Source: Paludibacteraceae bacterium
Lineage (GTDB): Bacteria; Bacteroidota; Bacteroidia; Bacteroidales; Paludibacteraceae
NCBI GenBank assembly: GCA_045598805.1
Contig: JAZLMS010000055.1
Coordinates: 25,086 to 89,085 of the forward strand
DNA length: 64,000 bases
Direction: 5' to 3'
The notes under the pieces are model-generated. The model worked only from the letters and a program-made list of their open reading frames with translations, had not been told where the DNA came from and did not search any database. Position numbers and translations under genes: made by a program. Below are positions 27,618 to 38,186 of the stretch, piece by piece (the stretch's first letter is position 1; each line of letters opens with the position of its first letter).

Positions 27618-28601
27618 TTATTGCTTATTGGTGATTGCTAATTGGTGATTGATGATTGGGTTGTTATACATTTCATGTAATTTATCCATTAAGAAAGCAT
27701 CATCCTTGTTGGGGATAGTGACCTTTGATAATTGGTTCTGCAAATAGGCCTCAAATTCCGTGCCACGAGGAAAAATCTCGTAGGCAGAGTGAATCTGCTT
27801 ATCTATCTGTTTAGCCACCGCTTCCACTTGTGCGTTATGTGGCAATGAACTCAAATCTACAGTATCCATCCAGCGGTTGATGGAGGGCGTCATACGGAAA
27901 ATAACCCTGCCTTTTTTACCGCAGATACCCGTCTCCATAGATAAGATATCGTCCTGCTTGGTTTTCTTCCAATCAGGGTTGTCACGCTTTAGCTGGAACT
28001 CAGTCGCCTTGAGGTAATCGCAAGGATCGTATTCATAATTAAGGCAGACAGGACAGATATTCAAAGCTCTTATAGCTTCAATAAAATTATCTTGTCCCAT
28101 AGTAAGCATCTTAAGCACCGCCGGTTGGGTAAGGTCGTTACCATCCTTAGCCCGTCCTTCACGTTGTGCCAACCAGATAGATTTGCCACGAGAACGTAGT
28201 TTATGTATGTAAGACGTCAAAACCTGCGAGTGTTGTAATACCTCGCGTGGCATACCGCCTCTGATTACGACAAAACAGCGGTTAAAACGAACAAAGGGTT
28301 CAATCCACCACTTGCCAAAAAGGTTATTACCTATACCAATAAACGGACGAATACCATAGCGCTCGCGTAATAACATTGACAGGAAAGCCGGATCCATAAT
28401 AATATCGCGATGATTGGTTAGGAAAACAGCCCCACCACGGATATCCTCTTGTACAATCTTTCGGTCGGTATAGGCAAGTCTATAGCCCTTAGTGGTAAAT
28501 AAACCTAAAAGCCGAACCCAAGGGACTACCGTCAACCAGTCTGTAATAGCCAAGATGGCACCTGTTGCGTAAGCTCTTATATCTTTCTCAGTAGATTTCA
28601 T
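27618..28601 (-). CDS. glycerolipid/lysophospholipid acyltransferase family protein (PlsC-like)
   Basis: HX4D motif NHRDIIMD and the downstream conserved block FIGIGNNLF..; 327 aa. Confidence 0.65.
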   Translation of the reverse strand: MKSTEKDIRAYATGAILAITDWLTVVPWVRLLGLFTTKGYRLAYTDRKIVQEDIRGGAVFLTNHRDIIMDPAFLSMLLRERYGIRPFIGIGNNLFGKWWIEPFVRFNRCFVVIRGGMPREVLQHSQVLTSYIHKLRSRGKSIWLAQREGRAKDGNDLTQPAVLKMLTMGQDNFIEAIRALNICPVCLNYEYDPCDYLKATEFQLKRDNPDWKKTKQDDILSMETGICGKKGRVIFRMTPSINRWMDTVDLSSLPHNAQVEAVAKQIDKQIHSAYEIFPRGTEFEAYLQNQLSKVTIPNKDDAFLMDKLHEMYNNPIINHQLAITNKQ

Positions 28602-29298
28602 ATGTTTTTTCTATTTCATCAATAGCCGCTATCGCTTCCATTGGCAATTCGTCACACGCATTACATAATAGTTCTCCTAATCGCTTTTCTAATCCGTCTA
28701 TATCGGACACTTGGAAACCCAGATCAAGGATAGGCTTAATATTCATTACACGTTGTTTCACCGACTCAACACCATGCTTTGCCAGCTTTTCGTGGTCTGG
28801 TGTAATCGCCTGCTGAAGTGCCTCAAAATCAACATCATATAGCATCGTTCCGTGCACAATCGTGCCTGTTGGTAAGGCGTAGCAAGCATTGCCGCTGATT
28901 TTGTGGATGGTGGATGGTGTTTGATGGACTAATATATCGTTATGTTCCGTTGTAACAGCAGGGACTCCGAGTTGACATAAAGCCCTTGCCATAAGATTGA
29001 GATAATGCTGAAAGACAAGTTCGCTATGGGTAGAAGGTGAGAGGTAAGAAGTCATTAGATTGCCCTCGTCAGCATAGACGCATCCTCCCCCACTCTTACG
29101 ACGAACAAGATCCACTTTATGTTCGCGGCAATATGAGAGATTGACTTCGTTTTCCATAACTTGGTGACGGCCAAAGATAACCGTCGGAGCCACCTTCCAG
29201 AAGAAGATACACTCCTCCGTTATGTTCTTAGCGAGGTATTCCTCTGCAGCCAAATACCAACTTAACTTTTTACCCGAAGGGACGATAATTTTTTTCAT
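28588..29298 (-). CDS. lipoate-protein ligase family protein (LplA catalytic domain)
   Basis: RRKSGGGCVYADEGNL and KISGNA motifs typical of BPL/LPL catalytic domains. Confidence 0.75.
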   Translation of the reverse strand: MKKIIVPSGKKLSWYLAAEEYLAKNITEECIFFWKVAPTVIFGRHQVMENEVNLSYCREHKVDLVRRKSGGGCVYADEGNLMTSYLSPSTHSELVFQHYLNLMARALCQLGVPAVTTEHNDILVHQTPSTIHKISGNACYALPTGTIVHGTMLYDVDFEALQQAITPDHEKLAKHGVESVKQRVMNIKPILDLGFQVSDIDGLEKRLGELLCNACDELPMEAIAAIDEIEKTYEIY

Positions 29299-29302
29299 TT
29301 CA

Positions 29303-29342
29303 CTAGGACAACTAGGTGATCTAGACTTACTAGGAAGACTAG
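29303..29342. repeat. five CTAG at exact 9-bp spacing, filling the spacer between the amidohydrolase gene and the lipoate-protein ligase gene
   Basis: CTAG at 29303, 29312, 29321, 29330 and 29339. The last supplies the TAG stop of the amidohydrolase gene; the other four are in-frame TAGs downstream of it. Contains TAGGACAACTA (29304-29314). Confidence 0.9.
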
Positions 29343-30592
29343 GTTAGCGAAGGTTCTGCCAGTTCTTTACCAGCGCAGAAGCGATGTTTGATATCGCGGT
29401 CGTCACCAATAAAGATATAACGTTCTATTCGTTGATCTAATGTATATTTCTCCGCATTTAAGTAAGCATCATTCACCACCAAAGCGTCAAACTCATAACC
29501 TTTTTCAAAACTACCACATTTACCGAAGAACGAGCCTCCCGATTTCGTTGCCAAATAAAACACCTCACTAACCTTCAAAGCAGGTTCTTTCGATAGAGAG
29601 AAGGTCTGATAGAGTTTACTCATCTGCAACGCATATTGCATTACACGCAAAATAGATGCGTTATGCCCTCCACTTACATCGGTACCTAACGCCACTCGTA
29701 TTCCTTTCTTCAAGAATCGCCGTACAGGAGCGGCTCCAGAACCAAGGTTGCAGTTCGATGTAGGGCAATGAACCACCACCACATCATGCTTTTTAAGTAG
29801 CCTCATTTCCCGTCCGCGGGTGTGGCAACAATGCGCCATCAACGTTGGGGTTTGTCCCCATAAACCGTATTTAAGATACCCGTCTCCATAGGTAAGAACC
29901 TCCGGCATAAGTTTATGTACCAAGCGTATTTCACTTCTATTCTCACTTAGATGGCTCTGCACCGGTAGATTATATTCTTTTGCCAATTCGCCTAAACGTT
30001 GTAACATCTCTCTTGTGCAAGAAGGTATAAAACGCGGTGTAATAATCGGTTTAACTCGTTCCGTACCCGGCTGTTTATAGAACACCTCTAAGTCTTCTAA
30101 CGTATTTGTCAATTCTTTCGGGCAATCGCGATTCATTCCCACCAAACCCACATAAGCACCTAAACCTGCTTCATCCAACAATTTCATCAATAGTTTGGTA
30201 GCAGGAATATGGACTGTAGCAAAGATAGATGAACGAATCGTCCCTTGCATCCATAACTCATGCACAAAACGGCGGTAGATACGCTCTGCATAGTGAAGAT
30301 CACTAAACTTACTCTCCTCGGGAAAAGTATATGTTTGCAACCAAGGTAACAAAGGCAAATCCATCGCTAATCCCATATTACGATACTGCGGAGCGTGAAC
30401 ATGCAGGTCATAGAAAGCAGGAATAATTAGCTGGTCACCAAAATCGGTAATCGGCTCAGATGCTAAAGATTGAGGAAGGACCTCATATACACCCTCAATG
30501 ACTCCATGGTCATTGACATGGATATATCCGTTAGGGATAATCCTAAACTGATCAGGAGTTGGAGTGTCAATAAGATGTGCCTTGTAGATCAT
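29339..30592 (-). CDS. amidohydrolase-superfamily protein, guanine-deaminase-like
   Basis: Metal-binding HVHAPQY, LLPWLQTYTFPEE...GT..S.FATVH pattern, and downstream HL.E and D motifs. Confidence 0.6.
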   Translation of the reverse strand: MIYKAHLIDTPTPDQFRIIPNGYIHVNDHGVIEGVYEVLPQSLASEPITDFGDQLIIPAFYDLHVHAPQYRNMGLAMDLPLLPWLQTYTFPEESKFSDLHYAERIYRRFVHELWMQGTIRSSIFATVHIPATKLLMKLLDEAGLGAYVGLVGMNRDCPKELTNTLEDLEVFYKQPGTERVKPIITPRFIPSCTREMLQRLGELAKEYNLPVQSHLSENRSEIRLVHKLMPEVLTYGDGYLKYGLWGQTPTLMAHCCHTRGREMRLLKKHDVVVVHCPTSNCNLGSGAAPVRRFLKKGIRVALGTDVSGGHNASILRVMQYALQMSKLYQTFSLSKEPALKVSEVFYLATKSGGSFFGKCGSFEKGYEFDALVVNDAYLNAEKYTLDQRIERYIFIGDDRDIKHRFCAGKELAEPSLT

Positions 30593-30612
30593 TTTTATTT
30601 ACGATTTACTAT

Positions 30613-31080
30613 TTACGATTTACTATTTGCAGATTCATCTTTCTTTTTAAAGAACAACAATTGAATCAAGAAGTTTACGACACCGGCAATGAAGATGACG
30701 ATTGGACTAATAATAGCATCCGACACATTAGGAAGCCACATTATCATCAGCGGAAGAACTACTAACTGCATCACCAAGTTGATACTACGCGCCAGTATAA
30801 ATCCCCATTCATTCTTCTTATTCGGCATTGCTCCAAAGGTATAGAAGGACATGCAAAAATAGTTTGGAATCATCTCTAAAATGAAACCACCTATAAACGC
30901 CACATAGTATAACAACGAATTCTTCTCAGGTTGGTTAAGACAAAGCATTAGCATTAAGAAGAACCCCGTTTGTACAAACGTGCCAATCGTGCCCACCAAG
31001 AAGAAACGTAGCGGTTTACGAACCAAAGACGGCATTTTGCTGCTTGGCAATAGATTCTGAAAACGCTCTAACCAATTCAT
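30613..31080 (-). CDS. GtrA-family membrane protein
   Basis: 155 aa, 4 predicted TM segments, N-terminal LRFFLVGTIGTFVQTGFF. Confidence 0.7.
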   Translation of the reverse strand: MNWLERFQNLLPSSKMPSLVRKPLRFFLVGTIGTFVQTGFFLMLMLCLNQPEKNSLLYYVAFIGGFILEMIPNYFCMSFYTFGAMPNKKNEWGFILARSINLVMQLVVLPLMIMWLPNVSDAIISPIVIFIAGVVNFLIQLLFFKKKDESANSKS

Positions 31081-31083
31081 ATT

Positions 31084-31123
31084 TTAGGTATTCTAGTTTC
31101 TCTAGTTGTCCTATTTTGTCTAG
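31084..31123. repeat. 9-bp periodic CTA(G) ladder filling the alaS-gtrA spacer
   Basis: Plus-strand tta/cta at 31084, 31093, 31102, 31111 and 31120 gives five in-frame TAA/TAG codons on the alaS strand. The first of them (31122-31120) is the alaS stop. Contains the reverse complement of TAGGACAACTA (31103-31113). Confidence 0.9.
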
Positions 31124-33747
31124 AGAATGGCATTAAGTATTGTTTCCATTGCTTGTTGTAATCCTTCCGCATTACGTCCGCCGGCAGTAGCGAGCATGGC
31201 TTGTCCGCCACCACCTCCTTGGATGAATTGAGCCGCTTGTTTGATGAGCGCACCTGCGCTCTTACCTTCAGCGATTAGGGGTTTACTGAGGTAAACGGTT
31301 AGACTTGGTTTACCCTCACACTGCGTGGCTGCCACGAGAGCGAAACGCTCATTATCAAACTGCGCTTGAAGCGTAGGCACCATATCACGAGCAAAAGTAG
31401 CCGGATATTCGCCCGTCAGTTTGAGAATCTTATTGGCACCTATCGTTTCCACCTTAGATAGCAATTCTTTCGCTTTATTGACATCCTCGCGAGCTTGCAT
31501 CTCCTCAAGTTGTTTCTTGAGAGAAGCATTCTCCTCTTGAAGTTTCGCAATAGAGCCTAATAAATCCTTGGTATTATTAAACGCCAGTTTAGCAGCTTTT
31601 AGAGTATCCGCTTCTTCATTATAGAGGTTCTCTGCCACCTTTGCCGTAACGGCTTCTATGCGTCGTACACCGGCTGCGACACTCGTCTCCATGACGATGC
31701 GCACCGAACCAATATGACCGGTACTTGAAACGTGGCAGCCACCGCATAATTCGATACTGGGACCATACTTTATGACGCGTACATCATCTCCGTATTTCTC
31801 TCCGAAGAGTGCCATTGCTCCCATCTCCTTAGCCTTTGCAATAGGAGTGTGGCGAGATTCCTCTAACACATAGTCTTGACGAATCAGTTCATTAGCCAAT
31901 TGCTCCACCTGACGCAGTTCTTCTTCGGTCACTTTTTGGAAGTGTGAGAAGTCAAAACGCAGACTTTGAGGCGTAACGAGTGAACCTTTCTGCTCTACAT
32001 GTTTACCTAGAACCTCACGAAGAGCATAATGCACGAGGTGGGTAGCCGAGTGGTTACAAGCAATGGCTTGACGGCGGGCGTCATCAATGATGGCGATGAT
32101 GTGTGAATTGTCTATAATGGATTGCGGATTGGTGTAAGTAATGTGCATCGAAACGCCATTCTCACGCTTAGTATCAACAATGGGTAATAACAAATCACCA
32201 TTGGCATTATATAACCCACCGGTATCGCCTACCTCACCACCCATTTCTGCATAGAAGGGTGTTTTTGAAAGAACGATTTGATAGAAGTCTTGTCCTTTCT
32301 GACTAACTTTACGGAACTTGAGGATTTGAGTTTCGCACCTGAATTGATCGTAACCAACGAACTCCGTTTCCCCTTCTTCAAGCACAACCCAATCTCCTAA
32401 GTCTTGTTTATTGGCAGAGCGTCCCATTTCTTTTTGGTGAGCCAAAGCTTTGTTATACTCCTCCTCGTTGGTGGTAAAGTTATTCTCACGCAGGATGAGT
32501 TCGGTGAGGTCAAGCGGGAAACCATAAGTATCCTTGAGCGTGAACACATCTATACCCGAGATTACGTTTTTACCCTCCTTTTTAGCATCCAACATTAGTT
32601 TATCCAACAACGAGATACCCTTATCCAAGGTACGTAGGAAAGCTTCCTCTTCGGCTTTGATAACGGGCGTTATTTGGTTCTGCATTTTAATCAGTTCGGG
32701 GTAAGCTTGTCCCATATCCTCAATGAGTTGCGGAACGAGTTGATACAAGAAAGCATCGCGTTGTCCTAAGAACGTGTAGCCATAACGAACAGCTCGACGC
32801 AGAATACGACGGATAACATAACCTGCTTTTTCATTGGAGGGCAGTTGTCCATCCGTGATAGCAAAAGAGATAGTACGTATATGGTCAGCAATGACACGCA
32901 TCGCCACATCCGTCTTTTCATCCTTACCATATTCGCAGCCGCAGATTTGACCAATTTTCTTGAGCATGGGTTGGAAAACATCTGTATCATAGTTACTTTG
33001 CTTTCCTTGTAAGGTGCGAACGAGGCGTTCAAAGCCCATTCCTGTGTCTATCACTTTCTTAGGCAATTCTTCAAGACTACCATCGGCTTTACGGTTATAC
33101 TGCATGAAAACGAGATTCCATATCTCAATGACTTGCGGGTGATCTTTGTTGACGAGTTCACGTCCAGGCACTTTAGCTTTTTCCTCTTCAGAACGGCTAT
33201 CCACATGAATCTCTGAGCAAGGGCCACAAGGTCCGGTGTCGCCCATTTCCCAGAAGTTATCGTGTTTATTGCCATTAAGGATATGATCCTTCGGCAGGTG
33301 TTTTTCCCAGATAGCAGCCGCTTCGTTATCGCGCTCTAAGCCTTCTGAGGCAGAGCCTTCAAAGACGGTCGCATAAAGATTCGCAGGATCAATATGAAGC
33401 ACATCCACAATATATTCCCATGCAAAATCAATGGCTTCTGCTTTGAAATAATCGCCAAAAGACCAGTTACCCAACATCTCAAACATAGTGTGGTGGTACG
33501 TATCGTGTCCCACTTCCTCTAAGTCATTATGCTTTCCGCTCACGCGGAGACATTTCTGACTATCGGCTACACGGGGAGCGAAGATAGGATCGTTTCCCAA
33601 TATAATCCCCTTCCACGGATTCATTCCCGCATTGGTAAACATCAAGGTAGGGTCATCCTTGATTACCATCGGTGCCGATGGCACCACTTTGTGTCCCTTA
33701 GAGGCCATAAAGTCTAAAAAGGACTTACGAATTTCTTGACTTGTCAT
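31120..33747 (-). CDS. alaS: alanine--tRNA ligase
   Basis: 875 aa. Class II motifs, editing-domain HxxxH (HSATHLVH), C-terminal DHHA1-like GGGG. Confidence 0.97.
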   Translation of the reverse strand: MTSQEIRKSFLDFMASKGHKVVPSAPMVIKDDPTLMFTNAGMNPWKGIILGNDPIFAPRVADSQKCLRVSGKHNDLEEVGHDTYHHTMFEMLGNWSFGDYFKAEAIDFAWEYIVDVLHIDPANLYATVFEGSASEGLERDNEAAAIWEKHLPKDHILNGNKHDNFWEMGDTGPCGPCSEIHVDSRSEEEKAKVPGRELVNKDHPQVIEIWNLVFMQYNRKADGSLEELPKKVIDTGMGFERLVRTLQGKQSNYDTDVFQPMLKKIGQICGCEYGKDEKTDVAMRVIADHIRTISFAITDGQLPSNEKAGYVIRRILRRAVRYGYTFLGQRDAFLYQLVPQLIEDMGQAYPELIKMQNQITPVIKAEEEAFLRTLDKGISLLDKLMLDAKKEGKNVISGIDVFTLKDTYGFPLDLTELILRENNFTTNEEEYNKALAHQKEMGRSANKQDLGDWVVLEEGETEFVGYDQFRCETQILKFRKVSQKGQDFYQIVLSKTPFYAEMGGEVGDTGGLYNANGDLLLPIVDTKRENGVSMHITYTNPQSIIDNSHIIAIIDDARRQAIACNHSATHLVHYALREVLGKHVEQKGSLVTPQSLRFDFSHFQKVTEEELRQVEQLANELIRQDYVLEESRHTPIAKAKEMGAMALFGEKYGDDVRVIKYGPSIELCGGCHVSSTGHIGSVRIVMETSVAAGVRRIEAVTAKVAENLYNEEADTLKAAKLAFNNTKDLLGSIAKLQEENASLKKQLEEMQAREDVNKAKELLSKVETIGANKILKLTGEYPATFARDMVPTLQAQFDNERFALVAATQCEGKPSLTVYLSKPLIAEGKSAGALIKQAAQFIQGGGGGQAMLATAGGRNAEGLQQAMETILNAIL

Positions 33748-33781
33748 TGTTTTATTATATTTTTAGATCGTTCGTTTCACT

Positions 33782-33825
33782 CACTGTAAGACCGCTACGC
33801 TGTAAGACCGCTGCGCTGAAGGACC
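33782..33825. repeat. 16-nt periodic GACCGCT-family repeat (intergenic copy)
   Basis: Sequence cactgtaagaccgctacg ctgtaagaccgctgcg ctgaaggacc. Same family as 57918-58011 and 60424-60487. Confidence 0.85.
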
Positions 33826-34791
33826 TTAGTCGAGGGCTTCGCCGAAGTTGTTACTCAGTTGAATCATCTTGTCATACTCCTCTGGACTAAGGTCAATGAA
33901 GTAGTAGTTACGCGGATCCACCACTTTCTTATTAAAATGCACCTCGTAGTGTAAGTGAGGACCGGTGGACATTCCCGTATTGCCAACAAGGGCAATCACA
34001 TCTCCACGTTTCACTCTTTGTCCTACACGAACCAAATTTTTGAAGCAGTGAGCATACAAGGTCTCATACCCAAAACCATGGTTAAGAACAACGGCATTTC
34101 CATAGCCTTGTTTCCACCCGACAAACGTAACAGTAGCATTACCTGTAGCAAAAACCTCCGTACCCGTAGGAGCAGTGAAGTCCATTCCTTGGTGGAATTT
34201 ACGCGTATGATAGATAGGGTGAATGCGCCAACCATAACCCGAAGCCACGCGCGTGAGGTCTTTATTAAGCACCGGTTGAATAGCCGGTATATTCTCCAAA
34301 CGTATCTCTTTGTTCTTGGTCATTTCAAGTACTTGCTCATACGATTTGGCTTGCACATAGAGTTCCTTCTCCAGCAAATCTAATTTCTGAGTCAAGTCAG
34401 CAGCCAATTGAGAGTTGGTCATAGCGGCTATGTTCTCGTAATATGCCATCTTGTGAGTTGCTCCCTGACGCACACTAAGCGGAACAGGTTCGGCTCCCAA
34501 GATGACACGATAGAGGTTATCATCACGTTGACTGAGGTCTAAGAGCACCACTTGCATTTGGTCCATTTGCTTCTCTAACATCTCCAATTGGGCAGAGAGG
34601 TTACTATTCTGTTGTTGCAGTTGTTTCTCTTTAGGAGAAGGGAAAATACTGAAAAATAGAAAGAAGAACAATAGGCCGATGCACACACCGCCGAGTAAAT
34701 ACCAACCCGAACGTTGTAACCAATATTTGAATCCGTATTGTTCACGCTCCAAAGCGAGCGTTTCAGGATTAATGACGTATTTCTTTTTCAT
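33826..34791 (-). CDS. M23 family metallopeptidase (membrane-anchored, coiled-coil N-terminus)
   Basis: HQGMDFTAPTGTEV and GNTGMSTGPHLHYEV motifs. Confidence 0.85.
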   Translation of the reverse strand: MKKKYVINPETLALEREQYGFKYWLQRSGWYLLGGVCIGLLFFFLFFSIFPSPKEKQLQQQNSNLSAQLEMLEKQMDQMQVVLLDLSQRDDNLYRVILGAEPVPLSVRQGATHKMAYYENIAAMTNSQLAADLTQKLDLLEKELYVQAKSYEQVLEMTKNKEIRLENIPAIQPVLNKDLTRVASGYGWRIHPIYHTRKFHQGMDFTAPTGTEVFATGNATVTFVGWKQGYGNAVVLNHGFGYETLYAHCFKNLVRVGQRVKRGDVIALVGNTGMSTGPHLHYEVHFNKKVVDPRNYYFIDLSPEEYDKMIQLSNNFGEALD

Positions 34792-36487
34792 TTTTGTTAT
34801 GTTTATACCAAAAGAACTGATTTTTTTGTGCTTGTTTATCTTCTTTTTTGCGAGCCACGTAAACGGGTTCCATTGTATAAGGATTGAGTCCTGTATAGAA
34901 CATTGTTGTGCTCAATGTCATGGGCGTAGGCGTAAAATCTTGCACTTGCTCCGGATGATAATGCATTTTACGAGTCCAATCTGCCAAATCGCTCATATCT
35001 CGTTGTGTACACCCCGGATGCGAGGAAATAAAATATGGAATCAGTTGCTGATTCAGTCCTGCCTCATTATTCACCTTGAGGAAAAAATCCCTAAAACGCA
35101 TAAAATGTTCCCAAGAGGGTTTTCGCATGAGTTTGAGTACTGATTCTGACGTATGTTCCGGAGCCACCTTCAAACGCCCTGAAACATGTTTTGTTATGAG
35201 TTCACGACCATATTCTTCATTCATCAAATCGTACCTGATGCCACTTCCCACGTATGAGTGACGGATATAAGGCAATCTGTCCACTGAACGATAAATATCG
35301 AGCAAGGGACCAAAATCCCTATTAAGGTTTTTGCAGATAGAGGGCTGCAAACAAGAGGGACGAGCACATTGTTCGCAAAGAGTCTTGTCCTTACCATGCA
35401 TACCGTACATATTGGCAGACGGACCTCCTAAATCGGATAAGTTTCCTCGCCACTCGGAAAGAGTACTGAGTTTCTCTATCTGCCTTAATATAGAGGCCCT
35501 TGAACGAGAAGTAATCTGTTTACCTTGATGTGCCGAGATGGTACAGAAGGAGCACCCTCCAAAACAACCACGGTGCATACAAACAGAAAAACGAATCATC
35601 TCATAAGCAGGTATTCGTTTGTCCTTATATTTAGGATGAGGCGTGTATTGGAATGGCAAGTCGTAGATAGCATCTAACTCTTCGGTTGTCATCGTTGGAT
35701 AAGGCGGATTAGCAACTACCATTTGGTTGCCGATAGGTTGTATCAAGGTAGAAGGGTAAATCTTATTAGACTCTGTCTCTATCACGCGGAAATTCTCTGC
35801 GTGCGCGCGTAAAGAAGAACACTCTTGTTCATAAGAACAGAGTGTAATGGTGTCTAGTGTCTGATGTTCCGTGCTTGGTGTTTGGTTAGATGTTAAAAAA
35901 CAGGTTTGCGGTATATCATGTTGTATGCCACGTTGAGCGATTTCGAGAATTGCCTTTTCACCGGCACCATAAATAAGCAGATCCGCTGTTGAATCCACAA
36001 GAATAGAAGGCATCAGTTTATCCGACCAATAATCGTAATGGCTAAACCTTCTCATAGAGGCCTCTATGCCCCCTATTACTATTGGCACATCGGGGAAGTG
36101 CTCTCTCAGAATCTTGCAATACGTGATGGTACAATAATCCGGTCTTGCTCCTGCCCTACCCTCTGGTGTGTAGGCATCATCCGAGCGTAGGCGTTTGGCT
36201 GCCGTATAATGATTCACCATCGAATCCAAAGAGCCAGAAGTAACCCCAAAGAAAAGACGAGGACGCCCTAATTTAGTAAAGTCACGATGATCGCCTCGCC
36301 AATCAGGTTGAGGAACAATAGCCACTTTATATCCAGCATGCTCTAATACGCGACCTATGACAGAAGCCCCAAAGGAAGGATGATCAATGTAGGCATCTCC
36401 TGAAAAAAGGATAACGTCCACCTCATCCCAACCTCGAAGTTCCAATTCCTTCTTCGTGGTAGGAAGATATGCCTTCAAATCAACCAT
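34769..36487 (-). CDS. YgiQ-family radical SAM protein (UPF0313)
   Basis: 572 aa; CFGGCSFC cluster motif; YgiQ-like N-terminal and C-terminal extensions. Confidence 0.85.
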   Translation of the reverse strand: MVDLKAYLPTTKKELELRGWDEVDVILFSGDAYIDHPSFGASVIGRVLEHAGYKVAIVPQPDWRGDHRDFTKLGRPRLFFGVTSGSLDSMVNHYTAAKRLRSDDAYTPEGRAGARPDYCTITYCKILREHFPDVPIVIGGIEASMRRFSHYDYWSDKLMPSILVDSTADLLIYGAGEKAILEIAQRGIQHDIPQTCFLTSNQTPSTEHQTLDTITLCSYEQECSSLRAHAENFRVIETESNKIYPSTLIQPIGNQMVVANPPYPTMTTEELDAIYDLPFQYTPHPKYKDKRIPAYEMIRFSVCMHRGCFGGCSFCTISAHQGKQITSRSRASILRQIEKLSTLSEWRGNLSDLGGPSANMYGMHGKDKTLCEQCARPSCLQPSICKNLNRDFGPLLDIYRSVDRLPYIRHSYVGSGIRYDLMNEEYGRELITKHVSGRLKVAPEHTSESVLKLMRKPSWEHFMRFRDFFLKVNNEAGLNQQLIPYFISSHPGCTQRDMSDLADWTRKMHYHPEQVQDFTPTPMTLSTTMFYTGLNPYTMEPVYVARKKEDKQAQKNQFFWYKHNKNEKEIRH

Positions 36488-38184
36488 TATTCAAGTAACA
36501 AATTCAGTTTATCTTTCATTGTTTGCAATGCCGGATGCGATTCCGCCAGTTGTTTATATTTTTCCTCTGCAGTATAAGCTATCTTGGATTTATCCAATAC
36601 TGCCACCTCTAATTTTAGTTGCAGTTTATCATTATGTAGAACCTCTCGCATATGGTTCATCACTTGACTTCCGTATTTTTTGAACTCATCCCGCTGCCAA
36701 GGATTAGCCAACTCCAGCACACACAAGGTCTCATCCACTAATTTAGGGCGATATTCGCTCAGCACAGCTAATAGACGCGCTTCATCCCTAAAGATGTCTT
36801 TAAGACCAGCCCACGCGTCATAGAACTGGTCATCTGTAAAAGGGGCAGAAGCCTCCTTTTTATCATTTAGTGCTGTACCCTGCTCTCTTATCGTCTGTTG
36901 CATTTTAGTATCCGTACTTTTCCCACCTTTTTCTCCAACATTAATAGACGGAATCGACGGCATTGACGGCATTGCGACAGGTTTTACGGTTGGCGGTACC
37001 TGAGTTTTTATTGATACTGAAGGTGTATTTGTCTGTACTACTTGCGCTCTTACCGGCATGGTCGATTGTTTGTTGTTTACTTCCGGTTTTCTATCGCCTA
37101 TCGTACACAACTTAATCAGCGCCAACTCCACCGTCAGCCTTTTATTTTTAGCTGTACGGTATTGAACATCACACGTATTGAGGATATCCAACGCCTGAAA
37201 CAACCATGGCGCTGCACAAGCGGCTGCTTGCTGTTGATACTGTTTCCTGATAGCATCGGAGGTTTCTATTAACGCAATGGTCGCAACATCCTTACTCATT
37301 AGCACATCCCTTAAATGTTGACTCATCCCTATCACAAAATGACCTGCGTCAAAACCTTTCTGCAACACTTCATTAAGCACTAATATCGCCTCTGTCACTT
37401 GTCCATGTAAAGCATAATCGACCAAACGGAAATAATAATCTGTATCCAATACATTGAGCACCTCTATTGCTCGTTCGTACGTAATTTCATTCCCCGAGAA
37501 AGCCACCAATTGGTCAAAGATAGACAACGCATCACGCAACCCTCCATCTGCTTTTTGAGCGACTACATTCAGGGCTTGCTCTTCGACAACAATGCCTTCA
37601 TGTTGAGCAATAAACTGCAAATGATGAATAATATCTGCTACCGTAATACGATTGAAATCATATACTTGACAACGCGACAATATTGTGGGCAACACTTTGT
37701 GCTTCTCGGTCGTAGCCAAAATAAAGATGACATACGAAGGAGGCTCTTCTAACGTTTTAAGTAATGCATTAAAAGCACCCTGCGAAAGCATGTGTACCTC
37801 GTCAATAATATAAACGCTATATTTGCCTATTTGCGGAGGAATATGTGTCTGCTCTATTAGCGAACGAATATCTTCCACTCCATTATTTGAAGCCGCATCT
37901 AACTCGTGGATATTAAACGAGCGCTGTTCGTTAAATGCCCTACATGACTCACACTCGTTGCATGCGTCATGCCCGTCCTTTGGATTAAGGCAGTTGATTG
38001 TCTTAGCAAAGATACGCGCGCACGTAGTTTTTCCCACACCACGCGGGCCACAAAATAAATAAGCATGCGCCAGATGGTTCTGGCGTATCGCATTTCGCAA
38101 GGTTTGGGTGAGGTTTTCTTGACCTACCACCGAATCAAAGGTTGTCGGACGGTACTTGCGAGCAGAAACTATATAATCCTTCAT
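36487..38184 (-). CDS. dnaX: DNA polymerase III subunit gamma/tau
   Basis: YRPTTFDSVVGQ, GPRGVGKTT, zinc module CNECESC, IIDEVHML, SRCQ. Confidence 0.9.
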   Translation of the reverse strand: MKDYIVSARKYRPTTFDSVVGQENLTQTLRNAIRQNHLAHAYLFCGPRGVGKTTCARIFAKTINCLNPKDGHDACNECESCRAFNEQRSFNIHELDAASNNGVEDIRSLIEQTHIPPQIGKYSVYIIDEVHMLSQGAFNALLKTLEEPPSYVIFILATTEKHKVLPTILSRCQVYDFNRITVADIIHHLQFIAQHEGIVVEEQALNVVAQKADGGLRDALSIFDQLVAFSGNEITYERAIEVLNVLDTDYYFRLVDYALHGQVTEAILVLNEVLQKGFDAGHFVIGMSQHLRDVLMSKDVATIALIETSDAIRKQYQQQAAACAAPWLFQALDILNTCDVQYRTAKNKRLTVELALIKLCTIGDRKPEVNNKQSTMPVRAQVVQTNTPSVSIKTQVPPTVKPVAMPSMPSIPSINVGEKGGKSTDTKMQQTIREQGTALNDKKEASAPFTDDQFYDAWAGLKDIFRDEARLLAVLSEYRPKLVDETLCVLELANPWQRDEFKKYGSQVMNHMREVLHNDKLQLKLEVAVLDKSKIAYTAEEKYKQLAESHPALQTMKDKLNLLLE

Positions 38185-38186
38185 AC

